Shown here: positions 37,461 to 49,743 of the stretch, one piece after another | Position numbering within the stretch: the first letter of the stretch is position 1 | Layout: each line of letters opens with the position of its first letter | DNA from: Isurus oxyrinchus | Taxonomy: Eukaryota | Assembly: GCA_026770705.1 (NCBI GenBank) | Contig: JANJGN010000026.1 | Span: forward strand, 39,184,001 to 39,248,000 | DNA: 64,000 nucleotides | Direction: 5' to 3' | The notes under the pieces: model-generated | Databases searched by the model: none | What the model was told of the DNA's origin: nothing | The model's input: the letters and a program-made list of their open reading frames with translations, nothing else | Made by a program: the position numbers and the translations under genes

Positions 37461-39012
37461 ATCCCCAATTCCTCTGTCAGGGCAGAAATGCAAACCCCAT
37501 CCCACTCGACCGCTGATCCAACCAATGTCAAAGCGGGAACAGCAGCAAGCACTTTTCCAAAGCACAGGAAAGGTAAGTAAGATCAGAGGAATAGAAACAA
37601 ACGAACTATGGGGTAGTGGCTGCACGCACCATTCTCTCACGTACAATCTGTCTATAATGAGCTGAATTCAAGGCTAATGCGCAAACAGAAATTATATAAT
37701 TCTGTCTTTCTATATGGACTGCGTTATGTTCATCTTCATTTCAAATCTTGGACAAACAGGCTCGCGACAGGAATTAGAGAATTGTTGTATTATTCTATAG
37801 TTACTGATACCTTCATAGTTGAAATCGGTTCAAACAGAGGACCGCATCTGTCAGTGGGGGACAGAACAAATCGGCATCCCATCCCAATGTACTGGAACTG
37901 GGCTACTGATTAACACTGAACTAAACTTCCCAATTATGAGTCTCCAAGAATATGTCATATTAATATACCGAATGCTGTCGTCAATGAGGCAGGATCCAGT
38001 GGATCCTAAACAGAGAAACAGTCTCGTATCTTCAAGCCAACGACAGAACCTGCAGTCATGTAACAGAGGCAGGCAGTGCAGTAATGAGTGAGAGGGAAAA
38101 GGAAAATGAAGTAAAGTGACATAATTCAGAACAGCAACAACTTAGACAGACTTCAGTGTTACAGAGGCAAAAGAATGGTGTTGTTCAGCAATAACTGACT
38201 GGCAGGAAACAAACAAAGATCTAGTTATTGCATTTAAAACTGAGACTGACCAAAGGGCAAACGTATTTGGGCAAAAAAAACTGCTCATGAGGCAAATGGA
38301 CTTGACCCCAAATCTCACCAGTCTCCCCTTAGAACAGATTGTGGAAGCATTGCCAGTATGGATGTGAGAGTCGATAATGTGGATGAACCTTCTACCTATT
38401 TTCCAAAGGACCAGCGAGTGGGACAGCGACTGTTGTTTCCCTGCAGGCGTGTGAATACACCCATTGAGTCCGAGTGGATTCAAGGAGCGGAATGGGATTT
38501 GGAAGCACAGATTGGATGACAGACAATTCCAAGGCTGGTCATTGGGAGAGGCCGGCTCCAGGCAGGGAGAAGGGCGATTTCTAAGTTTCCTCTGCCACCT
38601 GGTGGAGGAAATCAGAATTTCACCCCAGCAATTTCTCCTTCAATTCAGAAGGTGGGAGTTGCTCTTCAAAACCATTCAGATGGGCACTGCCCCGAAACGG
38701 CTGTGGTGGCAATTCAGTAGTCGCATGTAGTACAAGGCAAAGTGCAGTGTACAGGTCAGATTTCCAGGAGGTCTCCCAGCTAAAAGAATAGATACAGTAT
38801 CAGTGACAGTACCCTCTCCCACTGGGAGCAGAGTTCAATTCTTCTCCCTGCACATTCCAGATAGAGTTTTCCAGGATTTTTAACCTTTTATCTGTGTATC
38901 AGTTATTGTCTTCTTCGCATCCTACTAAGGTGATATTAATAAATGAACTACGTCATTGCAGCAGTTAGTAATTATGTCATTCCATTTACTGAGCCTGCCT
39001 CCTGTGATCTAG

Positions 39013-39475
39013 CTTTTTTTTGCCAAAATATACTTTAATCATAATATTTCTGAAGGAGTAGTGCAAAACATTTCAAAATGGGCTTCACAAAAAGTGCAAC
39101 CATATTTCAGTTTTCCACATAGATCATGAAGTGCTTCAATACAATCAATGAGCATTACAGACGTTTCAGCATGGTCAATACAGGCAGTCAGACAGCGGAA
39201 TGGTATTTAAGTTATCGACACATGTCGCATTGCACTCTGAGGTGCTTCAATGCAATTGTGATGCAAGTAGTGTTCACTGTATACATTCAGTGTGAGTCAT
39301 ACAGCCCGACGGGCCAATGCAATTCCAGGCCCCTCCGTGCACTATGGCTGAAAGAACTTAGACATTGACCTTTCCCCATTGCGCCTCAACGGCGACTCCC
39401 AAAATCTTTAGTGCATCCCTCAGCACGTAATCCTGGATATTGGAAAGTGCCAGTCTGCGACACTCGGTCTTGTTC
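39013..39475 (-). mobile_element. Tx1/L1-like LINE 3' end
   Basis: Minus-strand TECRRLALSNIQDYVLRDAL..AQWGK, followed by a 3' UTR and poly(A) (T-run at 39014). Confidence 0.7.
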
Positions 39476-39889
39476 GTACCTTGCTAAAGTGATTGGAATA
39501 AATGAACTAAGTCACGGAAGCAATTAGTAATTATGCCACTCCCTTTGACGTGTCTACTTCCTGTTATCTAGTCATAGTGCACAGTCGTTTCACGACTTTT
39601 ACCTCACTATACAATTATTATTTTCTCCCGCCTGTGTTTATCTATCCCTTCCTGACATAGACCCACACCATTTACCCCAGGCACTTCATATGTTACAGTT
39701 CCTGTGATCGAGTGCTGGTAATCCCCCCATTAGATTGAACGCGCACCCCCACACACACACCCACCCCGCACAACACAGACACGTACGCACAGACAGACAG
39801 GCACACACGCGCGCGCGCACACACACACAGATAAACAGACAAACGCACACACGGTGAGAACCACACACACATATACACACACTTTTCTG

Positions 39890-40255
39890 CAGCAGCTTAC
39901 CCCCTGCTGGACACTGCCGGAATCACACATACACCCGCACACGCACACACACACCTTCAGCGACTGCTGGACACTGCCATAATTTCACATACACACACTT
40001 GCGCACACACACACTTTTAGTAACCTACCCCCTGCTGGATATTGCCAGAATCACACACATGGGCACAAACACACACACAGCTTCACAATCTACCCTCTGC
40101 AGGAAACTGTCATAATCACATACAAACACGCAACTTTAGCAATCTGCCCTCTGCTGGACAGTGTCATAATCACACACACACACACACACACGCACACAAA
40201 CACACACATATCTTTAGCAATCTACCGTCTGCTGGATACTGTCATAATCACACAT
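39890..40255 (-). promoter_or_regulatory. Tandem array of about 6 CTCF-like motifs spaced by CA-rich DNA
   Basis: CCAGCAG(A/G)GGG(C/T)AG-type cores on the minus strand at about 39897, 39960 (partial), 40025, 40090, 40144 and 40222. Confidence 0.6.
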
Positions 40256-42040
40256 ACACACGCTCACACATCTTTATTTGTTTGTTAATAATGCTTTATT
40301 TTTATGATTTAGTGTCACTTTAAATGAAATATATAAAAATGCAATGTCCACAATCTTTACAATTGTGTTCGGGTGACGTCTCTCCACAGTAAGATAAATG
40401 AAAAATAAACCATTCCAGGGACGAAATACCGAGTTTGATAAATGCGACAAAGCAATTTTACCCAAATATACCGGCAGGTGGCGGGCTCGCCCCATTAGAA
40501 ATACCCGCACAGGCAGCGGAGAGGAATAATACTCAGTGACCATCAGAAGAACGATCCACTTAATCACCTGAAGGAAAACCTAAAGTTGTCGTGTCTGTTT
40601 GCCTATAAAAAAACAAAATGCAAACTAGACGAATCCCGAAAAGAACTAACATGCTAACATACGAAATAGGAGCAGGAGTAGGCCACTCGGCCCTTCGAGC
40701 CTGCTCTGCCATTCAATAAATTCATGGATGATCTGACTGTAATCTGAACAGCACATTCCCGCCTACCTCCGTTTCACATCCTTGGTTATCAAGAATATAT
40801 CTAGTTCTGCCTTAAAAATATTCAAAGGCTCCGCTTTCAGCGCCTTTTGAGGAAGAAAGTTCCACAACAGCCGGTGGAAAAAGAGTCTTTGAATATTTTA
40901 AAGGCAGAGCTAGATAGATTCTTGATTAACAAGGGTGTGAATGGTTACGGGGTACTGAGAAATAAATATTAATTGAACTGGGTAAAGGGGGAGAAAGAGT
41001 TCAGAATTCAGATGCAGAAAGTGTGGAGCGTGCTGCTGATAAAGAGTTAAAGAATCGCATTTAATTGAGTGGGACGCGGATTATTAAGCTCAGAAACAAG
41101 AATAAAGCTGCACACATCATTGCTGAGGGCACAGTTTAAACTCTTGGGTCGTTTTTGTGACCCTTCTTTCGTTTGGTGTTAACCTGGAAGTCAGTGTGTA
41201 GGATGGATTGTGAAAGATGTCGCCGGGATGAGAGGGGATAGTCCTGAGCAGAAACTTGAGCAACTGAAGATCTTTCCACCAGAACACAGAATATTAAGAA
41301 GTGGACTGACTGACTTGTACCCAATCATGGAAGGTTTGGAAAAGGTTAAAAAGAGAGTGAATCAGTGGGTAACTGGATGGCATCATTGAAGTTTCCCACT
41401 ATTGTAGTGGAGGGAGAGATTTGAAGATGTTTTTGTGTTTTGAGCACTGGACTGTTAGAGGATGTTATGGCCCATGAGAAACAGAGATGAAAACAAAATA
41501 TTAAGTATTTTTAAAAGACGAATAGTTCATTGTTTGACCAGTAAAATGAATTTTTAAGAAGTCAAAATATACGAATGGTGGACAGATGATTCAGAATAAG
41601 TGTATAACTCTATATGCCAACCAGCACACATGGGTAATGGCCCGAACTTGCTCTCTTTGTGTTGTGAGCTGACGACTGGCTCTTTTCAGTTATAAAGAGA
41701 ACAGAGCACAGACATTATGAAACAATATAACATGGTGCTACATAAAGGAAGCAGAGAGGTTCGGAAACAGTGACAATTCAAGTGGTCTAAGTTTTGAGAA
41801 ACCTCCAATCACTAACTGGCACCATGAGTAACTTCATATGACAACATCCCATAATTGCCCAATCGATGAGAATGTCGCCCATCAGTCTCACATTCAAGAG
41901 GAGAATGTAAAGCTCTCCCGTCTCCTCTCCACTTCCCCACCATCTTGGACTCGGCAGCAAGTCCCAGTCTACAAATCAGGCCCTGATTGCTTCGCCTTTT
42001 GTCAAGTTTCATCGTCATAAACAGAAACTTCGGCAAAGAC

Positions 42041-42396
42041 CTGATTCCAGTTGGAGCCCTGTTGCTGTTGACATTGTGTGAGTTTATTTACATCATCAGA
42101 TGCATTCTTTTTTACTAATCTCTCAGTACCCCGTGGTGGCTCAGTGGTTTTTCTTTTGTTCAGAGCCATTCAGTGTGAGGATCAAGGCTGTCGGCTCTCC
42201 GTTGGCTCAGGTTATACCGTAGCCTGGTACCGACAAACACTGACAGGGTCTGCGACATTTATCACCTCCATTATCCAGGAGAATGTGACCAAAGGACGCT
42301 ACACATTAACCTTTGACCGAGCAAAGAGGTCCAATACCATCTCTATAGATGATACCGTAGACCAGGACGCTGGAATTTATCACTACTGGAAGAAGA
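42041..42396 (+). pseudogene. Divergent V pseudogene (inverted orientation)
   Basis: Leader has ATG replaced by CTG (LIPVGALLLLTL|GTGAGT). V reads AIQCEDQ[FR1 deleted]GCRLSVGSGYTVAWYRQ..DAGIYHYWKK. RSS CACAGTG-23-ACAATATCT (42397-42435). Confidence 0.85.
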
Positions 42397-42764
42397 CACA
42401 GTGGGACAAAGAGCGGATCTGGCTGTACAATATCTTGTTCACTGCTGTGTCTCCGCTGCAGCTTTAATCTTTCCCCAAACAAGGACCTTTAGAAATGCTG
42501 GCGATGTTCAGAAACACTACTTTCCCATGTTTTAATTTTTATCTGGATGAAGTTATAACATCCTACCGCTCCTACTACAGATACAGAGCATCGAAAAGTA
42601 CTAAATAAAATTTCTGATGTTCGTTTGTTCAACGTAAAGAGATACACAGAAAAAATAACACCGCCTCTCAGATACATGGACAGTAGATATGCGAGAGAAA
42701 GATTGATAAATGATGAGAAAAATAGACATAAATAGAGAGGAATGTGGATAGACAGACAGGCAGA

Positions 42765-42766
42765 TT

Positions 42767-42832
<66 letters not shown>
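42765..42832. repeat. (GATA)n microsatellite
   Basis: Directly visible. Confidence 0.95.
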
Positions 42833-42833
<1 letters not shown>

Positions 42834-42910
42834 TAGTATATTCTGCCAATATCGGCAAACGCTTTATCCTTGCATGTATAACTAAGCTGATGTTACTAAT
42901 GTTTTCACAG

Positions 42911-43191
42911 TTGTTCCTTGTCACTGGAAGACATTTCAGATATCGATGTATCGGGGAACTGTCGGACAAACTATTTCGCTTCATCACCGTGCTACATTCG
43001 CTGTAAATGATCTTGTATTCTGGTACCAGCAATTCTCCAATCAAGCTCCCTAGTATCTCGTTTCCACATACAGAGATCAAAGCGTTAAGGGAAGGTTTAA
43101 AATATTTGTGGACCGTGAGAAAAGCTCCACCAGTCTCACTGTTAACACAGCTGAGCTGTCAGACGCTGCGATGTATTACAGTATGGTGAGG
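42911..43191 (+). pseudogene. TCR delta-like V pseudogene (inverted orientation)
   Basis: VGQTISLHHRATFAVNDLVFWYQQFSNQAP*YLV..ELSDAAMYYSMVR. Both Cys are lost and there is an in-frame stop. RSS CACGGTG-23-AAAATAACT (43192-43230). Confidence 0.88.
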
Positions 43192-46100
43192 CACGGTGAA
43201 GCAAAGAGACAAAGAGCCTGTAAAATAACTCGCTCGACATGGAGACTTAGGAGACAACAAGTCCATTGGCTTTGGAAGTGAGTGTGATTGAAGGAAACCC
43301 GCTTTAAAAATGCAAAGTTCATCATGCGAATAAATTACTGCCATAAAAATATATTTTATTATTTCTACTCGTAGAAAAATACTCTGACACATTCGCTTAT
43401 TGAAATTTGGTTGACATTCTTATTTTATGATTAGGGAGCTCTGAAGCCACTCATTAGAGATTGACAATCCAACCTCATCGGTTGTGGATTTACGAATTTA
43501 TTAATGAGAAGTTCATCTGTGTGTGCAAATTACATGTACTGTACTAATGATGTAGGGATGCCAGAAAACCGAGACAAATAATCCTGCAAATAATGAGAAA
43601 TAGCAAATGTAGCAAAAGTAAAACAATGAAAAATAGAATCAGATGCAGTAGTAATAAAATCTGAGCAAAAAAACATAATAATATGCCATAATAATTATCC
43701 AGCAATATCATGCAGCAATATTCAAGAATAAATTGAGAATTGTTGTTTCACGGATAAGATTCCACTAGATAGTTGTTCAAGTCCTTTTCTGTGTCGACAG
43801 CTGACAGAGCCTTCAATTCACCGCTGGACAGGTAGGATTACGGCTCGGCACAGTGCCTGACTCTCAAGTCAACAGCGGTTTCAACTTATCATCCAGCTTC
43901 CCGGATGTAGGGTTGGCACTCCAGCCCCTCCTACACGCAGATCCTTTTTATTCATTCGTTCACTGGATTTAGGCGACATTGGAGCAACAGCATTTATTGT
44001 CCATCACTAATTTGCTTTCAGATGGGGTGGCGAGCCGCCACTTACCGACTGAGTGGTTTTCTGGGTCATTTAAGAAGGCGGTTAATGTTCAACCACATTG
44101 CTGTGGATTTGGAATCATACATGGGCCGGAGTAGATTTCCTTCCCTGAAGGATGTTACTAAACCGGTTAGAGTTTATTGCGATGATCCTGATCACTATTC
44201 CTACAATACTATAACTTTATTCCAAAGTTATTTATTATCTCCATTTAAATTAATTAGTAGAATTGGAACTCATATCCCTGGGTCATTGGCTCAGGCCTCT
44301 GGATCTTTAACCCAGTGACATAAGCATGAGATTCCGTTAGAAGAACATAACCTGGTTCCCATGAAAGTTCTATGTTAAACTGTACATTCCTTTGCTCAGC
44401 CTCAACGATTTTTCTGCAAACACGTCTGACCTCAGTTATCTACAGGGGTTTTTGTCACGTATGAAACAAAAGAACGTTTCCTTCTTCCTTCAAGCAGCTC
44501 TGGCCAGATAAAATGTTTCAGAACACAGCGTAGCAAAACCGTCCATTAGAACAAAGTAATGGCGTCTCAGTAAGACTCACTCCAGAAGTAAATATTAACC
44601 TGGTTTTCTCATGAAAGTGACAAAGAACTGAAACATAATTAATTCTGTTATCTTATTCGGTAAATATAATGATTGACCTTGTAATTAAAAACATTTGACA
44701 CCAGTGATTCTTCTCATCAGATCTCCACATTGATTTTTAGACTGCATTTAGTTCATAACTTCATGGCTTCCATTATGATGGCAAACCCACAATGAGACAA
44801 ATGAAAGGACAATTTTAACGCTGAATGGGAAATAATAATTGACGGGCGTAATGTAAGGGAGGCAAACTCAAAGGGAAGATTACTATTGTGGCTATGCCAC
44901 TAAACTATTAATTCAGTAGCCTGGGTAAATGTTTCAGGGACATCAAACATAAAAGTCAGGAGCAGTTAGGTTTTCCGGCCCCTCGAGCCTGCTTCACCAT
45001 TCAATAAGATCATGGTTGATCTGACTATGGCCTCAATTCCACATTCCCACCTGCCCCCGATATCCTTTGACTCCCATGGGGCAGGAACCGTTTTTGGGCC
45101 GCATCCAATGAATGGCCTGTTTTACACTCGGTCCGATTTCTACTCCTCTGATGTCAATGGGACAGAGAACTGGATCGAGTATAAAACTGGCAGCCAGCTT
45201 GCTTAACAGCACAAGGCCAATTTCACCCCTCAACCATTTCAAGCAGAAGATAATGATAATGCAGCTCATTCCACATCCCCCCAGTATTGTATTTCACCTG
45301 AAAACAATGGAACCATTATTCAAAGCAGGTATAACACCGGCTATTACACTCGCATTTTTAGACTAACATAAAATTAAAAATCTACCCAAAGTTGGTATCG
45401 TTGGAAATGTATTCTCAAATTCTCACTAGTAGAAGAATAACAGTGAATGAAAGGTTTCGTAAAAGTTACCAGAATATTACTTTTTAGAAATCAATCTAGC
45501 GACCTGAGCATGGGTATGGTGTAAAGGAATATATGGAGAGTATTGGGTGTTTCAGAGACTTAATTATGAATGCTTGAGTTGAAAAGAAAGAAATATTTAA
45601 ACGATGGAAAGTTAGTGTACCCCTAAGCAAATGAGTTCAAACAAATACCTGGAAATGACTATGTCACATTGTTAATTATCAATGACAGAACCAGCTTCAT
45701 AAAACAGTGATTTGTCCAATTGATGATTTAGTCCAAAGATTTACCCGGAACTCCAATAGCAGCAAATATTGGACAGTAAATAGCATAAACTACGCCAGAT
45801 ATTCGGCAGTGCATTTTCTATGAGAAGCGATGGTCTCTGCTGGTGACATTTGGTCACAGAGATTCTATGTTACAAGCTCAAACAGACCCTCATTTGTACT
45901 ATAGGAATTCTACAGAGAGACAATTAGCTTCTATAATTATTTACAGTTACTTGAAGAAATAGATTCAGCAATTATTTCCCATGTTCTTTTTGGGAGGTGG
46001 TAGAATGTTGGTACACACTTGGGAGACGACTATCGAGTCTTGAAGTCTCATGTAGCCCAATGTCGTTTTGAATGTGATTTGTTAATATTTGGGCAGATCT

Positions 46101-46489
46101 AAAGCAGCCTTAGTCATGTGGAACGTTCATTTATGGGAGACACTACAAGAAACATTTCTAGCCATTAGACCGAAGCCAACATAGCTCAGTGACATGAGAC
46201 CAGGCGAGAATCAGAATGACAGTGAGTGTCAAATGCTGCCGAATGTACTGACATGATGGAAGTTAAACTTAGAGACAACACATAGGGTCCCCACAAAGTG
46301 CAAGTTACACCCATACAATGCAAGTCATACCCACACAATACAAGTTATGCCAGCATTAGCCAACGAATATCTACACAACAGAAAGTGTAATCTCACAACA
46401 ACCACGTTTAACATATGTTCATAACATTTTTAAAATTTTAATATGTTACAAAACGCCTCACACGGGGGCTGTAAAACAAAATTGAGATA

Positions 46490-47400
46490 AAGTCACAGAA
46501 TCACAGAGCGCAGAAGAGGCCCTTCGGCCCATCGAGTCTGCACCGACACGTGAGAAACACCTGACCTACCTACCTAATACCATTTACCAGCACTTGGCCC
46601 ATAGCCTTGAATGTTAAGACGTGCCAAGTGCTCATACAGGTACTTTTTAAAGGATGTGAGGCAACCCGCATCCACCACCCTTCCAGGCAGCGCATTCCAG
46701 ACCGCCACCACCCTCCAGGTAAAAAGGTTTTTCCTCACATCCCCCTAAACCTCCTGCCCCTCACCTTGAACTTATGTCCCCTCGTGACTAACCCTTCAAC
46801 TAAAGGGAATAGCTGCTCCCTATCCAATCTGTCCATGCCCCTCATAATCTTGTACACCTCGATCAGGTCGCCCCTCAGTCTTCTCTGCTGCAATGAAAAC
46901 AACCCAACTCTATCCAACCTCTCTTCATAACTTAAATGTTTCATCACAGGCAGCATCCTGGTGAATATCCTCTGCACCCCCTCCGGTGCAATCACATCCT
47001 TCCTAACTGCACACAGTACTCCAGTTGTGGCCTCACCAAGGTTCTATAGAACTCCAACATGACCTCCCTACCTCTAGAATCTGTGCCTCGATTGATAAAG
47101 GCAAGTGTCCCATATGCCTTTTTCGCCATCCAACTAACATGCCGCTCCACCTTCAGAGATCTGTGGACACACACGCCAATGTCCCTTTGATCCTCAGAAA
47201 TTCCTAGTGTCATGCCGTTCATTGAATACTTCCTTGTCAAGTTACTCCTTCCAAAGTGCATCACTTCACACTTTTCATGGTTAAATTCCATCTGCCACTT
47301 ATCTGCCCATTTGACCATCCCGTCTATATCTTCCTGTAGCCCAAGACACTCAACCTCACTGTTAACCACCCGGCCAATCTTTGTGTCATCCGCATCTTAC
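46490..47400 (-). mobile_element. CR1-type LINE 3' end (relatively young)
   Basis: WADKWQMEFNHEKCEVMHFG..LVRPQLEYCVQ..RLRGDLIEVYKIM..TRGH, the CR1 RT C-terminal region. Confidence 0.9.
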
Positions 47401-48110
47401 TAATCCTAACTCCCACATAAGCCATATGTCACAATAGAAAATATTAAGATGTTTTTGTACCAGCCCTAGGCTCCTTGATTATGACGTTAAGCTCTTTCTC
47501 TGTGAATGTTTTAATGGATTCCCATTATTAGCCAATTACACCTTGGTTATTACACTAGGCTCTGTCTCTGTTAGCATTTACCAGGCCCTAATTATTATTG
47601 TAGTCCCAAGTCCACGTGTTTTGCTTTATGAGGATACAGGGATAAGCAAGATCTGGACTGTGTTTACTACTACAAGATTACATTGAATTAATGGCATGTA
47701 CTCCTAGGAAACTGTTGTTTCTACTTTACGCATTGACTGTACGAAATCATTTTTAGATATTGAAATTAAACAATTGATGTTTAGCCACCTTGCTGAATCA
47801 AATGTATCAAAAATGTCACTTTCTTCCGATCCATGTTTCAACCACTAATCACTCCTCTTAAATATTAAAACTTAGCGAAACAGCTGGAGAGGTACAGGGC
47901 CCCTTTAAGAACTGCGGTTTGACCCTTTTTCCAAGGTCCGGGTGAAGAGTTACACGATTTACAGCTGGGTGTTTTAATGCTGGGCGGACTCTGAAGATAC
48001 TCCGTAACCTCCTGACCCCGAATCAATAGGAGAAAGAGCCAATCATGGTGCTGTTTGTCCTGAGCCATTGAGTTCCGGCGGCCAGGTTTCTGTTACCCAC
48101 TGTCGGCCCT

Positions 48111-48145
<35 letters not shown>

Positions 48146-49279
48146 ACATAGCAGGCTGTGCATATTTGATTTGTATGCGGGTACGAAGACTCGATTTATA
48201 CGAAAAGTGACTTCAAAAATAAACATTCGGTCTTAATGGACAAAAGCGATGGATTTGTACAGGCGCCAATGTGCGGAAAATTCTTGCAGAGTGCCGCCCA
48301 CACTCCCTGTGTCATATATAGTGAGCTTTCCCAGCCGCAGTGAACTGTTGGAGCCTCTGCCTTCCACGACCCATTCACCAAGGAAGCGAATCGAAACTCA
48401 ACCTCCTGTTCTTCCTCTCTACCCTTCTACCAAATGGAAACAGTTTATTTTGCTCTAAAATAAATCTAATAATCCAGTTCTGTTGAAGGGTCATGAGGAC
48501 TGGAAACGTCAACTCTTTTCTTCTCCACCGATGCTGCCAGACCTGCTGAGTTTTTCCAGGTAATTCTGTTTTTATTTTTTGTTTTGATCTACTTGGCTCA
48601 GAGACACATGGTTTTGAACACTCGATCAGATCTACCCTGCACCTTCCATTCTCTATGGAGAACAAACCCAGTTTCCCCAATCTATCTAATTAACTGAAGT
48701 TCTGCATCCCTGGGACGATTCTGGTCAACTTCCCTGCCACTTTTCTAAACCCTTCACATCCTTCCTAAAGTGCGATTCCCGGAAGTGGACACAATGCTCC
48801 AGTTGAGGGGGAACCAGTGCTTTCCTAAGAGGATCAGTAGCATTTCCTTTCCTTTGGACTCCATGCCGCTGAAACCGATGATCCCGGATGTTTAAGCGCC
48901 ACTTTCTCAGGCTGTCAGGCCACCTTCAACCATTTATGCCCAAATAGAGCATATCGTTTGTTGAAGAACGGATAATTGAATGAATTATTTTAGCAGGAGT
49001 ATTGTAGGCGACTCGATTTATAAAAATACTTAAGGCTCTAAGGAGCCAGAAGGAATGTGCGAACTTGATGGGTTTAATGGCTTTTTGCTGTGCTAGAACA
49101 TTATAAACTCAATTGTAAATACATTCGTGGAGATTAGGTGATTCCCCCCACCCCACCCTCCCCCCACCCCCTTCTATGTGTGTGCCTGTGTGTATATATG
49201 TGTTTGTGTATATGTATTTGTGTGTATACCTGTGTTTGTGTGTATGTGTGTGCTCCTTTCAACTTAATCCCGAAAATGA

Positions 49280-49437
49280 ACAATTTGGACTCTTTCCGTG
49301 CCTTGTATCACGGTGTGTCTGTAATCCCATTATGTTCAAGTTTTTGTACGGCTCTCTCCGTGCTCTGTATCACTGTGTCTGTATTCCCACCATGTTCAGG
49401 TTTTTGTATAGCTCTATCCGTGCTCTGTATCACTGTG
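49280..49437 (-). other. Triplicated 23-RSS behind supporting V 2
   Basis: CACAGTG-23-ACAAAAACC (49399-49437), CACAGTG-23-ACAAAAACT (49339-49377), and CACCGTG with a decayed nonamer (heptamer 49309-49315). Confidence 0.88.
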
Positions 49438-49743
49438 CTGTGCGCCGACTCAGTGCACAGTAATACACAGCGGAGTCGCTCAGTTGGAGTTTGGGGATAT
49501 CTAACTGGCTGATTTTCTCGGCAGAATCGATAGAAGCAGAAATTCTTCCCCCTGCAGCGTTTTCTTTATTCTCCTCTCCTGAAGTGTGCCTCTGAAGCAG
49601 ATATTCCGGAGCCTGTCCGGGGGACTGACGGTACCAGTGTACTGTGTACTGACAGATACCTGAGTATTCACAGTTTAAAGTAACGGTGTCACCGGCAGGA
49701 GCGGTTTGTAGAGGCGGATCCCGGGAAATTACGGAACTGGAAT
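49438..49743 (-). CDS. NAR-TCR supporting TCR delta V, cassette 2 (leaderless, intact)
   Basis: DSSSVISRDPPLQTAPAGDTVTLNCEYSGICQYTVHWYRQSPGQAPEYLLQRHTSGEENKENAAGGRISASIDSAEKISQLDIPKLQLSDSAVYYCALSRRT. CDR1 Cys present. Not in the supplied ORF track. Confidence 0.93.

Noticed and set aside
45480-45960. Weak similarity to about 21190-21360, a possible decayed exon pair
   Set aside because: Similarity is too faint to support by eye, with many stops and no identifiable product.
47865-48068. ORF with WLFLLLIRG..LQSPPS resembling a leader plus V start
   Set aside because: No intron, no WYxQ, no YYC and no RSS; likely chance.
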